Positions 25,765 through 38,250 of a stretch of DNA of 64,000 nucleotides are shown in pieces (position 1 is the stretch's first letter; each line of letters opens with the position of its first letter). The stretch lies in assembly GCF_006345805.1 (NCBI RefSeq), contig NC_043007.1, positions 67,704,001-67,768,000 of the forward strand, read 5' to 3'. Below the pieces are notes generated by a model. That model made no database searches. It was not told where the DNA came from and was given only the letters and a program-made list of their open reading frames with translations. The position numbers were made by a program, and so were the translations under genes. Source of the DNA: Octopus sinensis (taxonomy: Eukaryota).

Positions 25765-26350
25765 AAAGGGTTGTAAATCACTGTACTATACCATCCAAAA
25801 AAAAAAAAATTATTGCCCTGGGATAAATATTGAGAATTCTTTTGTTATTGAATACTTACATAAAAACATCAACACAAAGAAAGTTGGTGGAATATTCCCA
25901 TCAAAATGTCGACCAAGTGCAAACCTAACAGGCCAGATATAGTTGTTTGGGGCAAGAAAATGTATGCACTGTCATAGAGATCAGCTGCCCTGCTGGTCTC
26001 TTTGAAAACCAAAGGGAAAGATGATGATTACAGACAACTGTTTTGAAACCTCCAGCTTCTGTATCTAGGTTATAAATTCATTTACACCAATAATTGGTGC
26101 CTTTGGTCTTGTTAGTAAATGTCTAAGTGACAATCTGGATAAGCTAGGGTTTTCAGAAAAAGAAATTAACCAACTAACACACATATTACAAATATAATCT
26201 GAAAGTGGAACAGCAAAAATATGCAGTACTTTTCTCAAGTTCAAAATGTGACATTATTTTTGTAAACTACGTTCCAACAATATAGCTTTGTATATTTGTT
26301 AAAAACTAGCTCCTTCCATAGAGGAAGACTTCAAATAGTTTAAAATAGTG
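25765..26350 (+). mobile_element. R4/Dong-clade non-LTR retrotransposon 3' fragment (restriction-like endonuclease)
   Basis: With frameshifts: WWNIPIKMSTKCKPNRPDIVVW...TVIEISCPA...NLQLLYLGYKF..PIIGAFGLV...LGFSEKEI...GTAKICSTFLKFKM*. Confidence 0.8.
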
Positions 26351-26354
26351 TCCT

Positions 26355-27150
26355 TGGGTTTCTTAGTAAATGCCTATGTGACAATCTGGAAAATCTAGGG
26401 TTTTCAGAAAAAGAAATTAACCAACTAACACATATACAGGGTGTCCCAAAAAGATGTACCTATTCTTTCACAGACGATGTACGGGCTTACCTCGATGCAA
26501 CAAATCCAAACAAATAGTTTGGGAGGAGAGGTAGCGTTGGATTTCTTCCACATTCCCCAGACCTCACTCCAATGGATTTTTTTTTTATGAGGACATCTCA
26601 AAGATAAGGTTTACGGTGCAAAACCAGTGACAATTGATGATTTGAAAAATGAAATTCGAATACAATGTCTTACAATTCCAAATGAAATGTTTGGTAATGT
26701 TGTCGAATCCATTGTTGGACATTATCAGCTTTGTTTGGAAAATGAAGGAAGGCAGTTTGAACATTTGTGAACATGCAGGAATGAGAGAGAACATTAAATA
26801 ATTCTAAATGACAATAAATAATCGTTTCTACAACAATTTATTTTCCTGAATTTAATTTAACTTTTTAGGATTGTTTGTATATCAATAAATATCTACTTGA
26901 ACACAAAATGCATGAGTACTGGGAAGTCAAAGAGTGAGTACATCTTTTTGGGACACCATGTACAATGAAAAAGAAATTAACCAGCTAACATAAATACAGT
27001 CTAAAAGTGGAAGAGGAAATAAATACAGGACTATCTTCAAGTTCAAAATGTGACATTATTTTTGTAAACTATATTCCAATGATGGAGCTTTGTATCTTTG
27101 TTTCAAACCAACTCCTTTCATAGAGGAAGACTTAAAATAATTAAAAATAT
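26355..27150 (+). mobile_element. Tandem duplicate of the last ~250 bp of the R4 fragment, interrupted by a mariner
   Basis: AGTAAATG(T/C)CTA.GTGACAATCTGGA...CATAGAGGAAGACTT occurs twice. Confidence 0.8.
26437..26960 (+). mobile_element. Internally deleted Tc1/mariner element (rosa/DD41D-like C-terminus), 23-bp TIRs, TA TSD
   Basis: TA-CAGGGTGTCCCAAAAAGATGTAC ... GTACATCTTTTTGGGACACCATG-TA; encodes HSPDLTPMDFF.*GHLKDKVY...EGRQFEHL*. Confidence 0.9.
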
Positions 27151-27894
27151 ATGCATATCAGCACACTTAAACGCATTTCAAGTTCACAGTCAGTCAGACT
27201 GATACACACACATAACAACCTCTTCCTATTATATACAGTTTGTAGCATTTAGACTTTAATTAGAAGTACTAACAAACCAAAGAACAAGCTCTAGCAAATG
27301 CACTAATACAATGATAGTGTGATTCTACTGTGCACTTACTGACTTCACTTTTTTAGTGACCTCATACTATGACTTGCATCCAAGATCCTGTATGTAACAA
27401 TCTGCTTAGCCCTTCTTCACTCCAGTACATTATGTCTTTTCTCTGGTAGTGGTGGCAGGGACTTTTTATGTGCCTCTTCTTTCAATTCACAGTAAACATC
27501 AATCATACTGATATTAATCACAATATTTTTCAGTTCTAGATCAAGGAGTGTCACACAAGATATCATATAAAAGTTGCTTCCTTGTATTATCCAAGTGACG
27601 ATGATTCTACTATAGGCAAAAGGCCTGAAATTGTGAAGGTGGGGGCAGTCGATTACATTGATCCCAGACCTCAATGGCACTTATTTTATGGACCCCACTC
27701 CTCCTGAAAGGATGAAAGACAAAGTTGACTTTGGCTGTAAACATACTTGAAGAAACAATTTCCTTGAACATCATCATCATCGTTTAACGTCTGCTTTCCA
27801 TGCTAGCATGGGCTGGACGATTTGACTGAGGGCTGGCAAACCAGATGGCTGCACCAGGCTTCAATCTTGATCTGGCAGAGTTTCTATGCATAAA

Positions 27895-28455
27895 CTAAAT
27901 ATCAATTCTTGATAAAAGAGTAGAAGTAGAAACTTATTTATTTTTATCCACTCTTCTCGATTATTCACTCATTAACATGTACATACAGTTTATAAACTAT
28001 CCTAATTCTATGCACCACCCAATATAATTTATACAATCACCTATCCCATTTCTATGTACCAACCAAATGTCCAAATCAAACAATTATTAAACCCCTTCCT
28101 TAACACTGTACCTCTTAAAAACAATATTTCATACGTAGTTTTAAACTGTGTAATGTTTGCACTTTGTTTTAGTTCCACATCCAACCCATTCCCCATATTG
28201 AAATACACATACTCTTCATAGTACAACACACTAAATTTCTTTAGAATAAACTTTCTTCTCAAATTATAATTATAATCCCACTCCCTGTTAAAGAATACTT
28301 TTTTTTTGTATATTACTCAGTAGCAAATTATTTCTTGCTTAAACATTATTTCTGCTGTGTTAAATTCCACAAGATCCTTGAAATTTAATGTCTGATTTTG
28401 AAAACAAGAGTTGATGTTTCTTTCGACAGGCTACATTGTTAACTATCCTTATCGC
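27895..28455 (-). mobile_element. CR1/L2-group (Crack/Daphne-like) LINE 3' end
   Basis: With frameshifts: AIRIVNNVA...LNFKDLVEFNTAEIMFK.RNNLL...TMKSMCISI...NGLDVELKQSANITQFK; 3'UTR AATAAGTTTCTACTTCTACTC. Confidence 0.75.
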
Positions 28456-28474
28456 TTAATATTAGTTTCTAATT

Positions 28475-29060
28475 TAAGTAGCGGGCTGGCAGAATCGTTA
28501 GCATGCCAGACAAAATACTTAGTGGCATTTTGCCCATCTTCATGTTCTGAGTTCAAATTCTACCTTTCGTCCTTTCAGGGTCGATAAAATAAATACCTAT
28601 TGAGCACTCTTCAAAGTTGCTGGCCTTGTGCCAAAATTTGAAATCGCAATTAGTTTCTAATTTATGTACAAAGTCAACAATTTTGAGAAGATGAGATTAG
28701 AGGATACCATCAACCCCAGTACTTGACTGATACCTATTTTATTAACCATAAAAGGGTGTAAGGCAAAGTTGACCATGAAGGAATCATAAAAAATACTGCA
28801 AAACACTTCTTCCAACACTCTAAAGAGTCTGCAAACTTGCCCCCTTTTTATGGCTACATAATGGTTTCTAACTTAGGCACAAGACAAATGATTTTGAACA
28901 GAGTGGGTAAGTTGATGCCATTGACTCTGTGCCCCAACTCTGTACTTGACTGGTACTTATTCAACCCTGAAAGGTTGACAGCAAAGCTGATTTGGACAGA
29001 ATTTAGAACATAAAGAAGTGGAGGAAATACCATAAGGCTTTTTTTCCCTAATGTTCTAAT
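28475..29060. mobile_element. Cluster of three family-B SINE copies in mixed orientation
   Basis: GCTGGCAGAATCGTTAGC head, GTTCTGAGTTCAAATTC B box, CCTTTCAGGGTCGATAAAAT core. Confidence 0.75.
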
Positions 29061-30362
29061 GATTTTCCCATTTATTACTTTTTTATGGCTAAATAATAAA
29101 AAAAATTATCTCATTTCTTTATTTGATACGGAATTAGTGTGTTACTTTCGGTTTAAAATTGGACTTGTAGAGCATTCATTCATAAGAAATGACAAGTTTT
29201 ATTACTGCCTCCCTTCAATAATTCTTAATGTTTTGGCATCAAGAGTTTCCCTATTTTCTTCTTGTGTTCTATTTTGTCTTCTTTCAGTTATTCTTGCTTT
29301 TTATTTCCACCTCTCTTCTGTTTCTCATATTGCCATTTGTCCTTCTCTATATTGCATTCTCTTTCTACATGACAATCTATTAATCTTATCTTCTACTCTT
29401 TATACTTTCTTTCTCTCTCTTTCACCACTCTCTGCATAGCTACAGTTTTCTCCTTTCAGCATGACAGAAACAGGAAAAACCAATCAAGAAAATAAGCTTG
29501 ACATGTGACTTTTCTATATTAATACAGTTAGTGTTATATTAGGTTTCTAAGTGTTAAAAAATATACTATTTCTAACATAAAGTTCATAAAAAGAAACAAG
29601 CAACCAAACACTGAACTCAGCTGGTATGTAAAATAAAATATAAAATGAATAAATAAATTTTAAAAATATATGAAATAAAAGAATAAAAATAAAATAAAAT
29701 TTTTTTTAATAGAAGTAATGGTAGGGAAGCAGAAATTTTGTTTTGTTCAATGCATTTCTCTTCATTTCTGTATTGATTTCATTTGCAACGTATTGATTAC
29801 TTGAGCAGCAAAATATTGATCTTTAATGATCATATTATAGTGTTTCCATCTGATGTTACAGAATCCTCTTGGAAGGTCAATGCTCTTTGAAGAATATTTT
29901 TTTTTACTGGTGGGTGTATGGGGTGTGTGTGTGTGCTTGTTTGTTGTTGATTTTTGTATATTATTGTTCAACATAAAGGGCAGTTCTGTTTTTACAAGCT
30001 CCAATAAAGAATTAAGTCAATTGGTCAAAACTGTGCCAAATATAAACATAGGCAGCATTAGATAAACAACAGTAACAAACTACAAAAAGTGCATAAGAGA
30101 ATAAACACAGCATTTTTTTTTATCATCAAAACAAAGAAAGAATGAAAGGAAAGAGAGAAAGAGGAAGACAAAGAAGATGAGAGATGATTTGAAATGAAGA
30201 TTCAAGTTTGCCAAAAACATTCAAAATTAAGTGGGTTCTTAAAATAGAACAGTTTTGGAAAAAAAAAAAAAACAGGGGGATAAAATGAATTAATACACTG
30301 AATAAAATCAATGAACTCATGTATACATACATGCATATACACATATATAAAAATAGACATAT

Positions 30363-30890
30363 TTAACCCTCTTGATACAAATCCATCTGAGACTGCTTCT
30401 CATTCTATGATACAAACTTCCTGTTTTTAAAGTAACCTAAATTCCAAACACTGGCCTTAATACTGACAAAGTTATTTTACAAAATTTTGAAAAATTTTGT
30501 AATTTTCAAAATTTAAAATTAACTGAAGCAAAAGTAGTGTATTTAAACAGAATTATAGTAACAAAAGGGTTGAAATGATTTAAATTAAAATCTTCCATCA
30601 AAATTTCTTAATTTATGTTCAAAACACTGGCTTATTAATGAAAAAATTATTTCATTAAATTCTTCATAATTTTCAAATTACACTGAATCAAAGGCAGTAT
30701 ATTTCAACAGAATTGTGGTAACAAAAGGGTTAAGTGACTTAAATTAAAATCTTCCATAAAAATTTTTTAATGGATGTTCAAAACACTGGTTTAATATTAA
30801 CAAAATTATTTCACTAAAGTCTCCATAATTTTCAAAATAAATTGAAACAAGGCAATTTTTCTTATCTGAAATATAGTAACAAAGTGGTCA
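30363..30890. mobile_element. piggyBac-type MITE followed by two tandem copies of its right ~160 bp
   Basis: GTAACAAAAGGGTT recurs at about 30558 and 30719, with a diverged copy at about 30876. Confidence 0.75.
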
Positions 30891-31281
30891 AGTACACTAA
30901 GTCTTCATATGTAAGCTAAATATCATATGATGTGAATTAGAAGTTGGTTGAATGCTATCCTGCAGGAAGGGCACCTGGCTGTAAAACAGTACTTCAACAA
31001 TATATACATCTAACTCCTGCTAGCATAGAAAACGATATAAAATGAATGAACATCTACCGCTCAAAATGCGTATGTGTGTGTGTGAGATCATTTTGATATC
31101 TGAAGTGTGGCACATTGTGCACTGTACAGGTAATGTCAATTTGATGTCAAAGAATAAACTCATGTATAGCACAATCATTTGATCACTATAAACAAATTTG
31201 TGCAGGCTGTTGTTCATCAAGGAACTACAGAACCATCATCTCAAACATGAGAGACTACGAATAAACAACCACGTGTGTGTG

Positions 31282-31325
<44 letters not shown>

Positions 31326-31369
31326 ATATACACACACATATATATACACATATATAATATATATATATA

Positions 31370-31730
31370 TATATTATCTTTTACTTGTTTCATCATTAGA
31401 CTGCAGCGATGCTGGGACACCACATTGAAATTGTAGTCGAATGAATCAACGTCAGCACTTTTTTTTAAGCCCAGTTCTTATTCTATTTATGTTATTTGCT
31501 GAACTGTTAAGTTATGGGGATGTAAACACACCATTTCCAGTTGTCAGGTGGTGGTGGGGCACAAACACATACATACATATATGATGGGCTTCTTTCAGTT
31601 TCCATCTACCAAATCTATTCACAAGCCTTTGGTCGGCCCAAGGCTATAGTAGAAGACACTTGCCCAAGGTGTTATGCAGTGGGATTGAACCTGGAACCAT
31701 GTGGTTTGGAGGTAAGCTTCTTACCACAGA
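31370..31730 (-). mobile_element. SINE family A
   Basis: rc of 8010-8403. Confidence 0.8.
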
Positions 31731-33934
31731 AGTATATATGTGTGTACATGTATGCATAGATAGATATTCTTTTATTTCTTATACTGGTTTAAGTCAATTG
31801 GTTTCAATTCTGTTAGGGCCCCATTTTGAAGGGATCACTCAATCACATCTCACCACTTATTTCAGTCTGCTACTATCTCTATATTTCTCAAATCACTACA
31901 TCATACTTCCTGTAACTTTGGCCATGGGTTTATATGTGGTTTGTCTCTATTAATATATGTAGATAAATTAACTAAAGTTAACATGAGTTTTAGCCTCTTA
32001 AATATGATGAAATGAAATTCTTTGTAGAGTATGTGTGTGTGTGTAAAAACCCACCCACTCCTATTTTCACTACTCTTAACCTTAAAAATTGACATGAATA
32101 AAATAGTACTTCATAAAAGTAGAATGTAAATAAAAAGCCATTCCCAGATTATTAGTTTGTGATCCATTCTCTCTTCATCTGGCTATAGATCACCCACACC
32201 CTCACACCTCCACACATCCACTGACACTTAATGGAAAAGCAGACAATTATGTGATTGTAAACTACTTTTTAAATAACTGACAACATATGCCTCTCTCATG
32301 CTGGCTTCCTTCCTTACACGCTGTCTTGCAAAGCTGGCCGGTTGCTTGGCTGGTACTCAAGATTCAGAGACATTCACTAAATAATTCTTTTATTTGGTTA
32401 AATAGAAGAAAATACCCAGGATTGCTGCCTGATTTCAGTAAACAGTATGTAATGACATGCACTATTACACAGATGCACACACACAAATACACACTTCCCA
32501 CTACCCACCCTTCTGTCTGTATATCTTGCTCAGTACATCTCTAAATATCTCTGAATCATTCTTTCTTCTTCTCTTCACGTAGATCTCTAAATATCTCTTT
32601 TTTTCCTGTATAACTATATATATATCTCTATTCTCTTCCTCTATATCTCTATAGATCTTCCTTTTTTCATCCTATATCTATATCTATATTTATCTTCTCT
32701 TCCTGTATATCTCTATATATCTCTGTATCTCTCTCTCATCTTTCTGTATACCATTCTGTCTCCTCTTTCCATAATTCTCTGTATCTTTCTCTCTTCTTCC
32801 CTTTCTCTTTATTTCTTTCTCTAGCTATTTGAAGTTATTTCTCCATTCTTATTGGATTATTTATTTATGTATTTCAGAAAATCCAAGACATAATTGTATA
32901 TAAAATTCTTCTTCAACTCAACTATGTTCTTGCTATATATTCAATAAATATTCTGCAATCCATAAAATATATACCAGTGGGTGGAATTTGGTAGACATCA
33001 ACTTTGTGGAAAACTGTCAGAGGGATGGTATTTATTCCCAATCAGTATATTGAAGCTGTTGCCTAATTTAACATCTCTCTTTAGCTCTTTAGGTTTAAAA
33101 TTTCCTTCTTCCTTTTCTCATACCAATCATGAGATTCCTGAGAGTCCTAAATGTTACCCTTTAACTTCTGTCTAAATTAAGGTCCACAAACTTCTTACAT
33201 CAATAACCCTCTTCATGGAATCATTGATAAACTTATTGACTCCCATCATATGAATTTCTAAAATAAAATTAACAATAAAAAATAATTTCTTAGTTTAAAA
33301 ACAATAACTACTTCATTTTCTAGTGCCAATAATGCTTTTCAATAAATATTTAAAGAAAATACATAAAGAAATTGATAAAGAACCATAAAAATTCAGTTAT
33401 ATTGATATAGTCAGAATACTTAATGTGAAATGTGTAGAATGAATACTAGTTATGGATTTGGCTTGAAATTAATGAGTTTTAGCCTTAAATTACCATGCTC
33501 TTTTAGATTCAGTTCAATAATAAATTCAGCAGCTTTAATGCCCCAAATCATTTCATGTGTTTATCAAGCCCATGGATAACCACATAGAAATCGCAGGGTC
33601 AATATTAATCACTTTGCTGACTGCTAGTCTAAATAATTACAAAATAACAATACAATGATTACAATAATAGTGATAATAAAAAAAGATTTCTAACAAGGTC
33701 TCATTTCTTGAGATGTATATAGTCAATTACATTGACCCTAATATTTGGCAGGTAAGGTAAGGGTACATCAAATTAATCAACCTCTGTATATAATTAGTAC
33801 TTATTTGATTGATTTTGGAAAGGATAAAAGTCATTAATTTCAGTCATTTCACTTTAAAAGTCCAGCAGAGGTGAAAACATTTGACACTTAAATACAGTTT
33901 TGTCAGATTAATGAAATAAGATAACAACAATGAT

Positions 33935-34455
33935 AATAATCTTTTCTAAAGGCACAAGGTCTGAAATTTTGGGGGAGGGGACTAGTTGATTACATTAACC
34001 CCAGTATTTCACTAGAGAGGGTTGATGAAATAAAGTACGAGTTAAGTACTGGAGTTGATGATATCGACAGCATGTGGCTTGGTAGGTTTGGTGTTGGAAA
34101 TCACGATCGTAAGATTGCGGTTTTGCTTCCTGGACTGGGCAATGCATTGTGTTCTTAAGCAAAACACTTCATTTCATATTGCTCCAATCCACTCAGCTTA
34201 CAAAAATAAGTAATCCTGTGATGGATTGGCATCCTGTCCGGGTGGGGAATTCATATGCCATGATGCTGGGAAAGTGGCCCTTATGAGTCAGCATGACTTG
34301 ATAAGGTAACTTCACCAGTGTTTCACTGGTACTTAATTTCTCAATCCTAAATGAATGAAAGGCAAAGTCAATCTCAGCAGTATTTGAACTCAGAACATAA
34401 AGACAGATGAAATGCTGCTAAGCATTTTGTCCGGCATGCTAATGATTCTGCCAAT
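33935..34455 (-). mobile_element. Family-B SINE region with a nested plus-strand family-M SINE (34070-34318)
   Basis: SINE-B segments flank a tRNA head + TTGTGTTCTTAAGCAAAACAC core. Confidence 0.65.
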
Positions 34456-34904
34456 TAACTTAATGATAATAATAATTGGTATGTTTATTTTAACAGCCTG
34501 TCTGTGTTTACAGTGTGTTTATTTGCACTAGATGTTGGGAAGACACCTGGCAAGAAAAGGAAACAAACTTGAAAAGAAGAAAAAAATCATAATTGTTTCT
34601 GATTTAGGCACAAGGCCAGAAATTTTGAAGGGATGGGGTGGTCGATGTCATCAACTCCAGTACTTAACAGGTACTTTATTCCATCAACCCCAAAAGGATG
34701 ATTAACAGAGTTGACCTTTGTGGGATCTGAAAGAAAATGTTTTGGAACAAATACTGTAAAACAATTTTTCCAAAGCTCTAATGATTTGGCCAACAATACT
34801 CTCAAAGAAAACACAATATTTATACATATTATTATTATTATCATCATCATCACAATCTTCACTAGTTTTGATATTTATCTGAGTTATCTTACAGCAACTT
34901 AGAA

Positions 34905-35120
34905 ATGCAACACTTTCCTCAACACATGCACTAGTAAGGCCATCAGCTGTGTGCTTCTAGTGATGTCTGGATAGTTCCAACTCTTGCCAAGCATTTGTAT
35001 TCTCTGAAATGGTTCAAGTGCACCAATCATGATGGATATCATACACTTGCAGCTCTATGAATACATACCACTTTGGATGTCAGGTCTTTCAACTCTTTCA
35101 TTCTCTATCTTCACAGTGTT
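34905..35120 (-). mobile_element. Highly decayed R4/Dong C-terminal remnant
   Basis: MIGALE...ALL..HVLRKVL motif. Confidence 0.45.
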
Positions 35121-35619
35121 CTAATCTGAAGTTACTGCTGCTAGAATCATTAGCACCTAAGACAAAATCCCTTACTGGCATTTCCTCTGGCTTTTTATGT
35201 TCTGAGTTCAAATCCTGCTAAAGTTAACTTTGAATTTTATCCTTCTGGGGTCAATAAAAAATAAGTTACATGTCAAGTACTGGGGTCGATAGAATTGACA
35301 ACTCACTTCCATTTAAAACTGCTGGCTTTTGTCAAACTTTGAAACAAGAGTGGTGAGCTGACAGATTTTCTAAAGTATTGGAAAAATGCTGAGCAATATT
35401 TCTTCTAGCTCTTTACATCTTGAATTCAAATCCTGCTGAGTTCAAATTTGCCTTTCATCCTTTTGGGGTCGATAAAATAAAGTACCAGTGAAGTACTGAG
35501 ATCAATGTAATCAATTTACCCTTCCCACTAAAACTTCTGGTCTTGTACCAAAAATTGAAACAATTATTTCTTTTTATCTTGTGTTTTGTTGTAACTCTTG
35601 GAGTCTTGCATGCATAGTG

Positions 35620-35870
35620 AGTTTGCTACCTGCAGCCTATGGTACCATGCTATCTGTTCTATTCAACTATCTAATACTCTCCTGATGATTCTGGCCATGC
35701 CAAAGAGACAAACCTTTTGAAACAGTTCTACTGGGCGCTCTATTCCCATTTCCTTTATATTCTTCTTGATGGCTTTGGATACTGTTCCCAAGGACCCAAC
35801 AATAATTGGCACTATCTTCACTTTCTTAATTTTCCACAGTTGAGTTATCTCATATTTAAGAAGAATGTGT
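35620..35870 (-). mobile_element. R4/Dong C-terminal remnant (different lineage from 25765)
   Basis: LKYEITQLWKIKKVKIVPIIVGSLGTVSKAIKKNIKEMGIERPVELFQKVCLFGMARIIRRVLDS*. Confidence 0.8.
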
Positions 35871-36285
35871 TGTTATCATTATTATTAATAGTAGTAGTAG
35901 CAGTAGTAAGGCAGTGGGCTGACAGAATCATTAGCATGCCAGGCAAAATACTTAATGGCATTTCATTCATCTTTACATTCTGAGTTCAAATTTCACCAAG
36001 GTCCACTTTGCCTTTCATCCTTTCAGGGTCAGTAAAATAAGTAATAGCTGAACACTGAGACCAATGTAATCAATCTAGTCTCTTTTCTGAAATTGCTTAT
36101 TATTCAAAAATACAATAACCGTTTAGTTATGGACCTACAAAAAGATTTTGTTGGATATTATTTATAAGCACACACACACAAATTGTCCTAACCCTTCATA
36201 TTTAAAAAATCTGCGCATTTGTGAATTTATGCATTAACAACTAGGAAAAGGACTCCACTCTTGTTATCAATTTATGGTATATTAA

Positions 36286-36503
36286 CCCTTTAGTGTTCAG
36301 ATTACTGTTAAATGTAATACTTTTTCACTCAAATTGTTTTGAATTAATTATGCATGATCTTATAACTTTGAGGTTTCAATGATATGATTGTTTATTTTTA
36401 GAATGTCAATGTAGGTTAGGTGTGAGAGGCTAGATATGGCCAGTTTGAATATAAAACTTGTAGAATATTTGGGCCGGATATGGCCGGTTTAAACACTAAA
36501 GGG
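36286..36503. mobile_element. piggyBac-type MITE (second family) with TTAA TSD
   Basis: TTAA-CCCTTTAGTGTT ... AACACTAAAGGG-TTAA. Confidence 0.9.
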
Positions 36504-37290
36504 TTAATCACCACCTGCTTAATGACTCTTTCTCACATATATATATATGTATACATACACACACATGCACATAAACATATACCTATCTTCCCTCCTCAAT
36601 TAATTATAGTTCAAAAGTGTATTAACTAGGTACTATTGACATTAGCAATGGATCAATGGATTTTCAGACTTCACCTTAATAAATGAAATAACACCAGAAA
36701 TAAAAATAAGGTTATTAATTTGAGAATAAATACAGTATTACATGGTCTCTCTCATACATACATACATACAAATTCTTGTGTACATAGTTGAAACAATTAA
36801 TATCTATTTGTATGGGCAACTTCCCCAGAGACAACTGTATAGTACACACATTTGACATGTTTTAAATATTGTGAGGTTTACTTGGCGCTGAAAATACAAA
36901 CAGTAAGAGGTGGAGGGGGTGATAAAAAGAACCAGAGTGAAATAGAGAGAGGGAGAAAAAGAGTAGGAAACAGCAGGGATGGGAGAGACTAAAAGAGAAA
37001 GAACCACAGAGAGAGAGAGAGAGAGGGAGGGGTGATAAATGAACCACAGTGAAACAGAGAGAGGGAGAGAGAAGAGCTGGAAACAGCAGGGGAGAGAGAG
37101 AGAGAATATTCAATAGCCGGACTATTCACTAGTATAAAATATGAGTACAGGAAGATGAAGTAGAATGTCATTGGCTAAGACCAGCTTGATTATTCAAGCT
37201 TAACAACAAATAAATTCACTGTTTGTAAATAGGAAAAACAAAGCTGGGGGAACAACAAGATTAGACAACAGTCAATTAGCCATTTATGTC

Positions 37291-37562
37291 ATTGTTCAAC
37301 CAGTTAGAAATAGCAGCCAAATCTCCCTCAAATTCCACATTTATTATCTTTTAGTAGGGAAGAAACGCACCATCAAACACAATAAGCAAAACAGCTTTAT
37401 TGTTCAACTAGTTAGAAATAGCAGCCAAATCTCTCTCAAATTCTACATTTACTGTTTCATAGAAGGGAAGAAACATCATCAAACAATGAGCAAAATATCT
37501 TTATTGTTCGACCAGTGAGAAATAGCAGCCAGATCACCCTCAAATTCCACACTACTGTCTTA
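37291..37562 (+). repeat. Three tandem ~105-bp units seeded by the AAATAGCAGCCAAATCTCCCTCAAAT repeat family
   Basis: ATTGTTC(A/G)AC.AGT.AGAAATAGCAGCCA at 37291, 37399 and 37503. Confidence 0.85.
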
Positions 37563-37789
37563 TCAGACACAATGAGTGTGATATTTCTATTGTACTTCAA
37601 TATATTCTTTTACTGGTTTCAATCACTGGACTACAGTCTTGAAACAAGACTGTACAGAGAGTTTGTAACAGACTCTTGACAGCCTTGAAATGTACGTCCC
37701 ATTTCAAAGTGTGCATTAACTGGTTTAGTAATCAATGCTAAATACTTATGGTCTAAGTACAGGTGTGTGTGTGTGTGTGTGTGTGTGCA

Positions 37790-38250
37790 CATTTGTGAGT
37801 AAAAAAGTACTCAGCACACTCTGTAAACTGGTTGGTGTTAGGAAGGGCATCCAGCTGTAGAAACCATGCCAGACTGGAACCAGGTGCAGTTCTCTGGCTT
37901 GCCAGCTGTTCAAACCATCCAACTCATGCCAGCATGGAAAATGGACATTAAATGGTGACGATGATGATGATGATACATATATAATCATCATAGTTTTAAT
38001 ATCCATATTTCCATGCTTGCATGGGTTGGATGGAATTCACTGAGGTAGATTTTCATTGGTCAGATGCCCTGCCTGTAACCAACTTTCCCCCGTTTCCAAG
38101 CCAGGTAATATTTCCTCCGTGGCAGACATTTTTTGCACAGAAGTTTGAAAACAAAGGGCACCATTCATATAACACTCACTTACTTACAACTATCATGCCA
38201 AGTCAAGAGAAGGAAACACACACACACAGATGCACCCTACCACATACATG
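37790..38250. mobile_element. Tail-to-tail pair of RTE-tail elements (+ then -) meeting at (GAT)n/(ATC)n
   Basis: ...GGACATTAAATGGTGACGATGATG / ATCATCATAGTTTTAATATCC...GGGTTGGA. Confidence 0.65.

Noticed and set aside
29059-29439. 126-aa hydrophobic plus-strand ORF
   Set aside because: A T-rich compositional artefact; the opposite strand may be a decayed LINE end, but I could not assign it.
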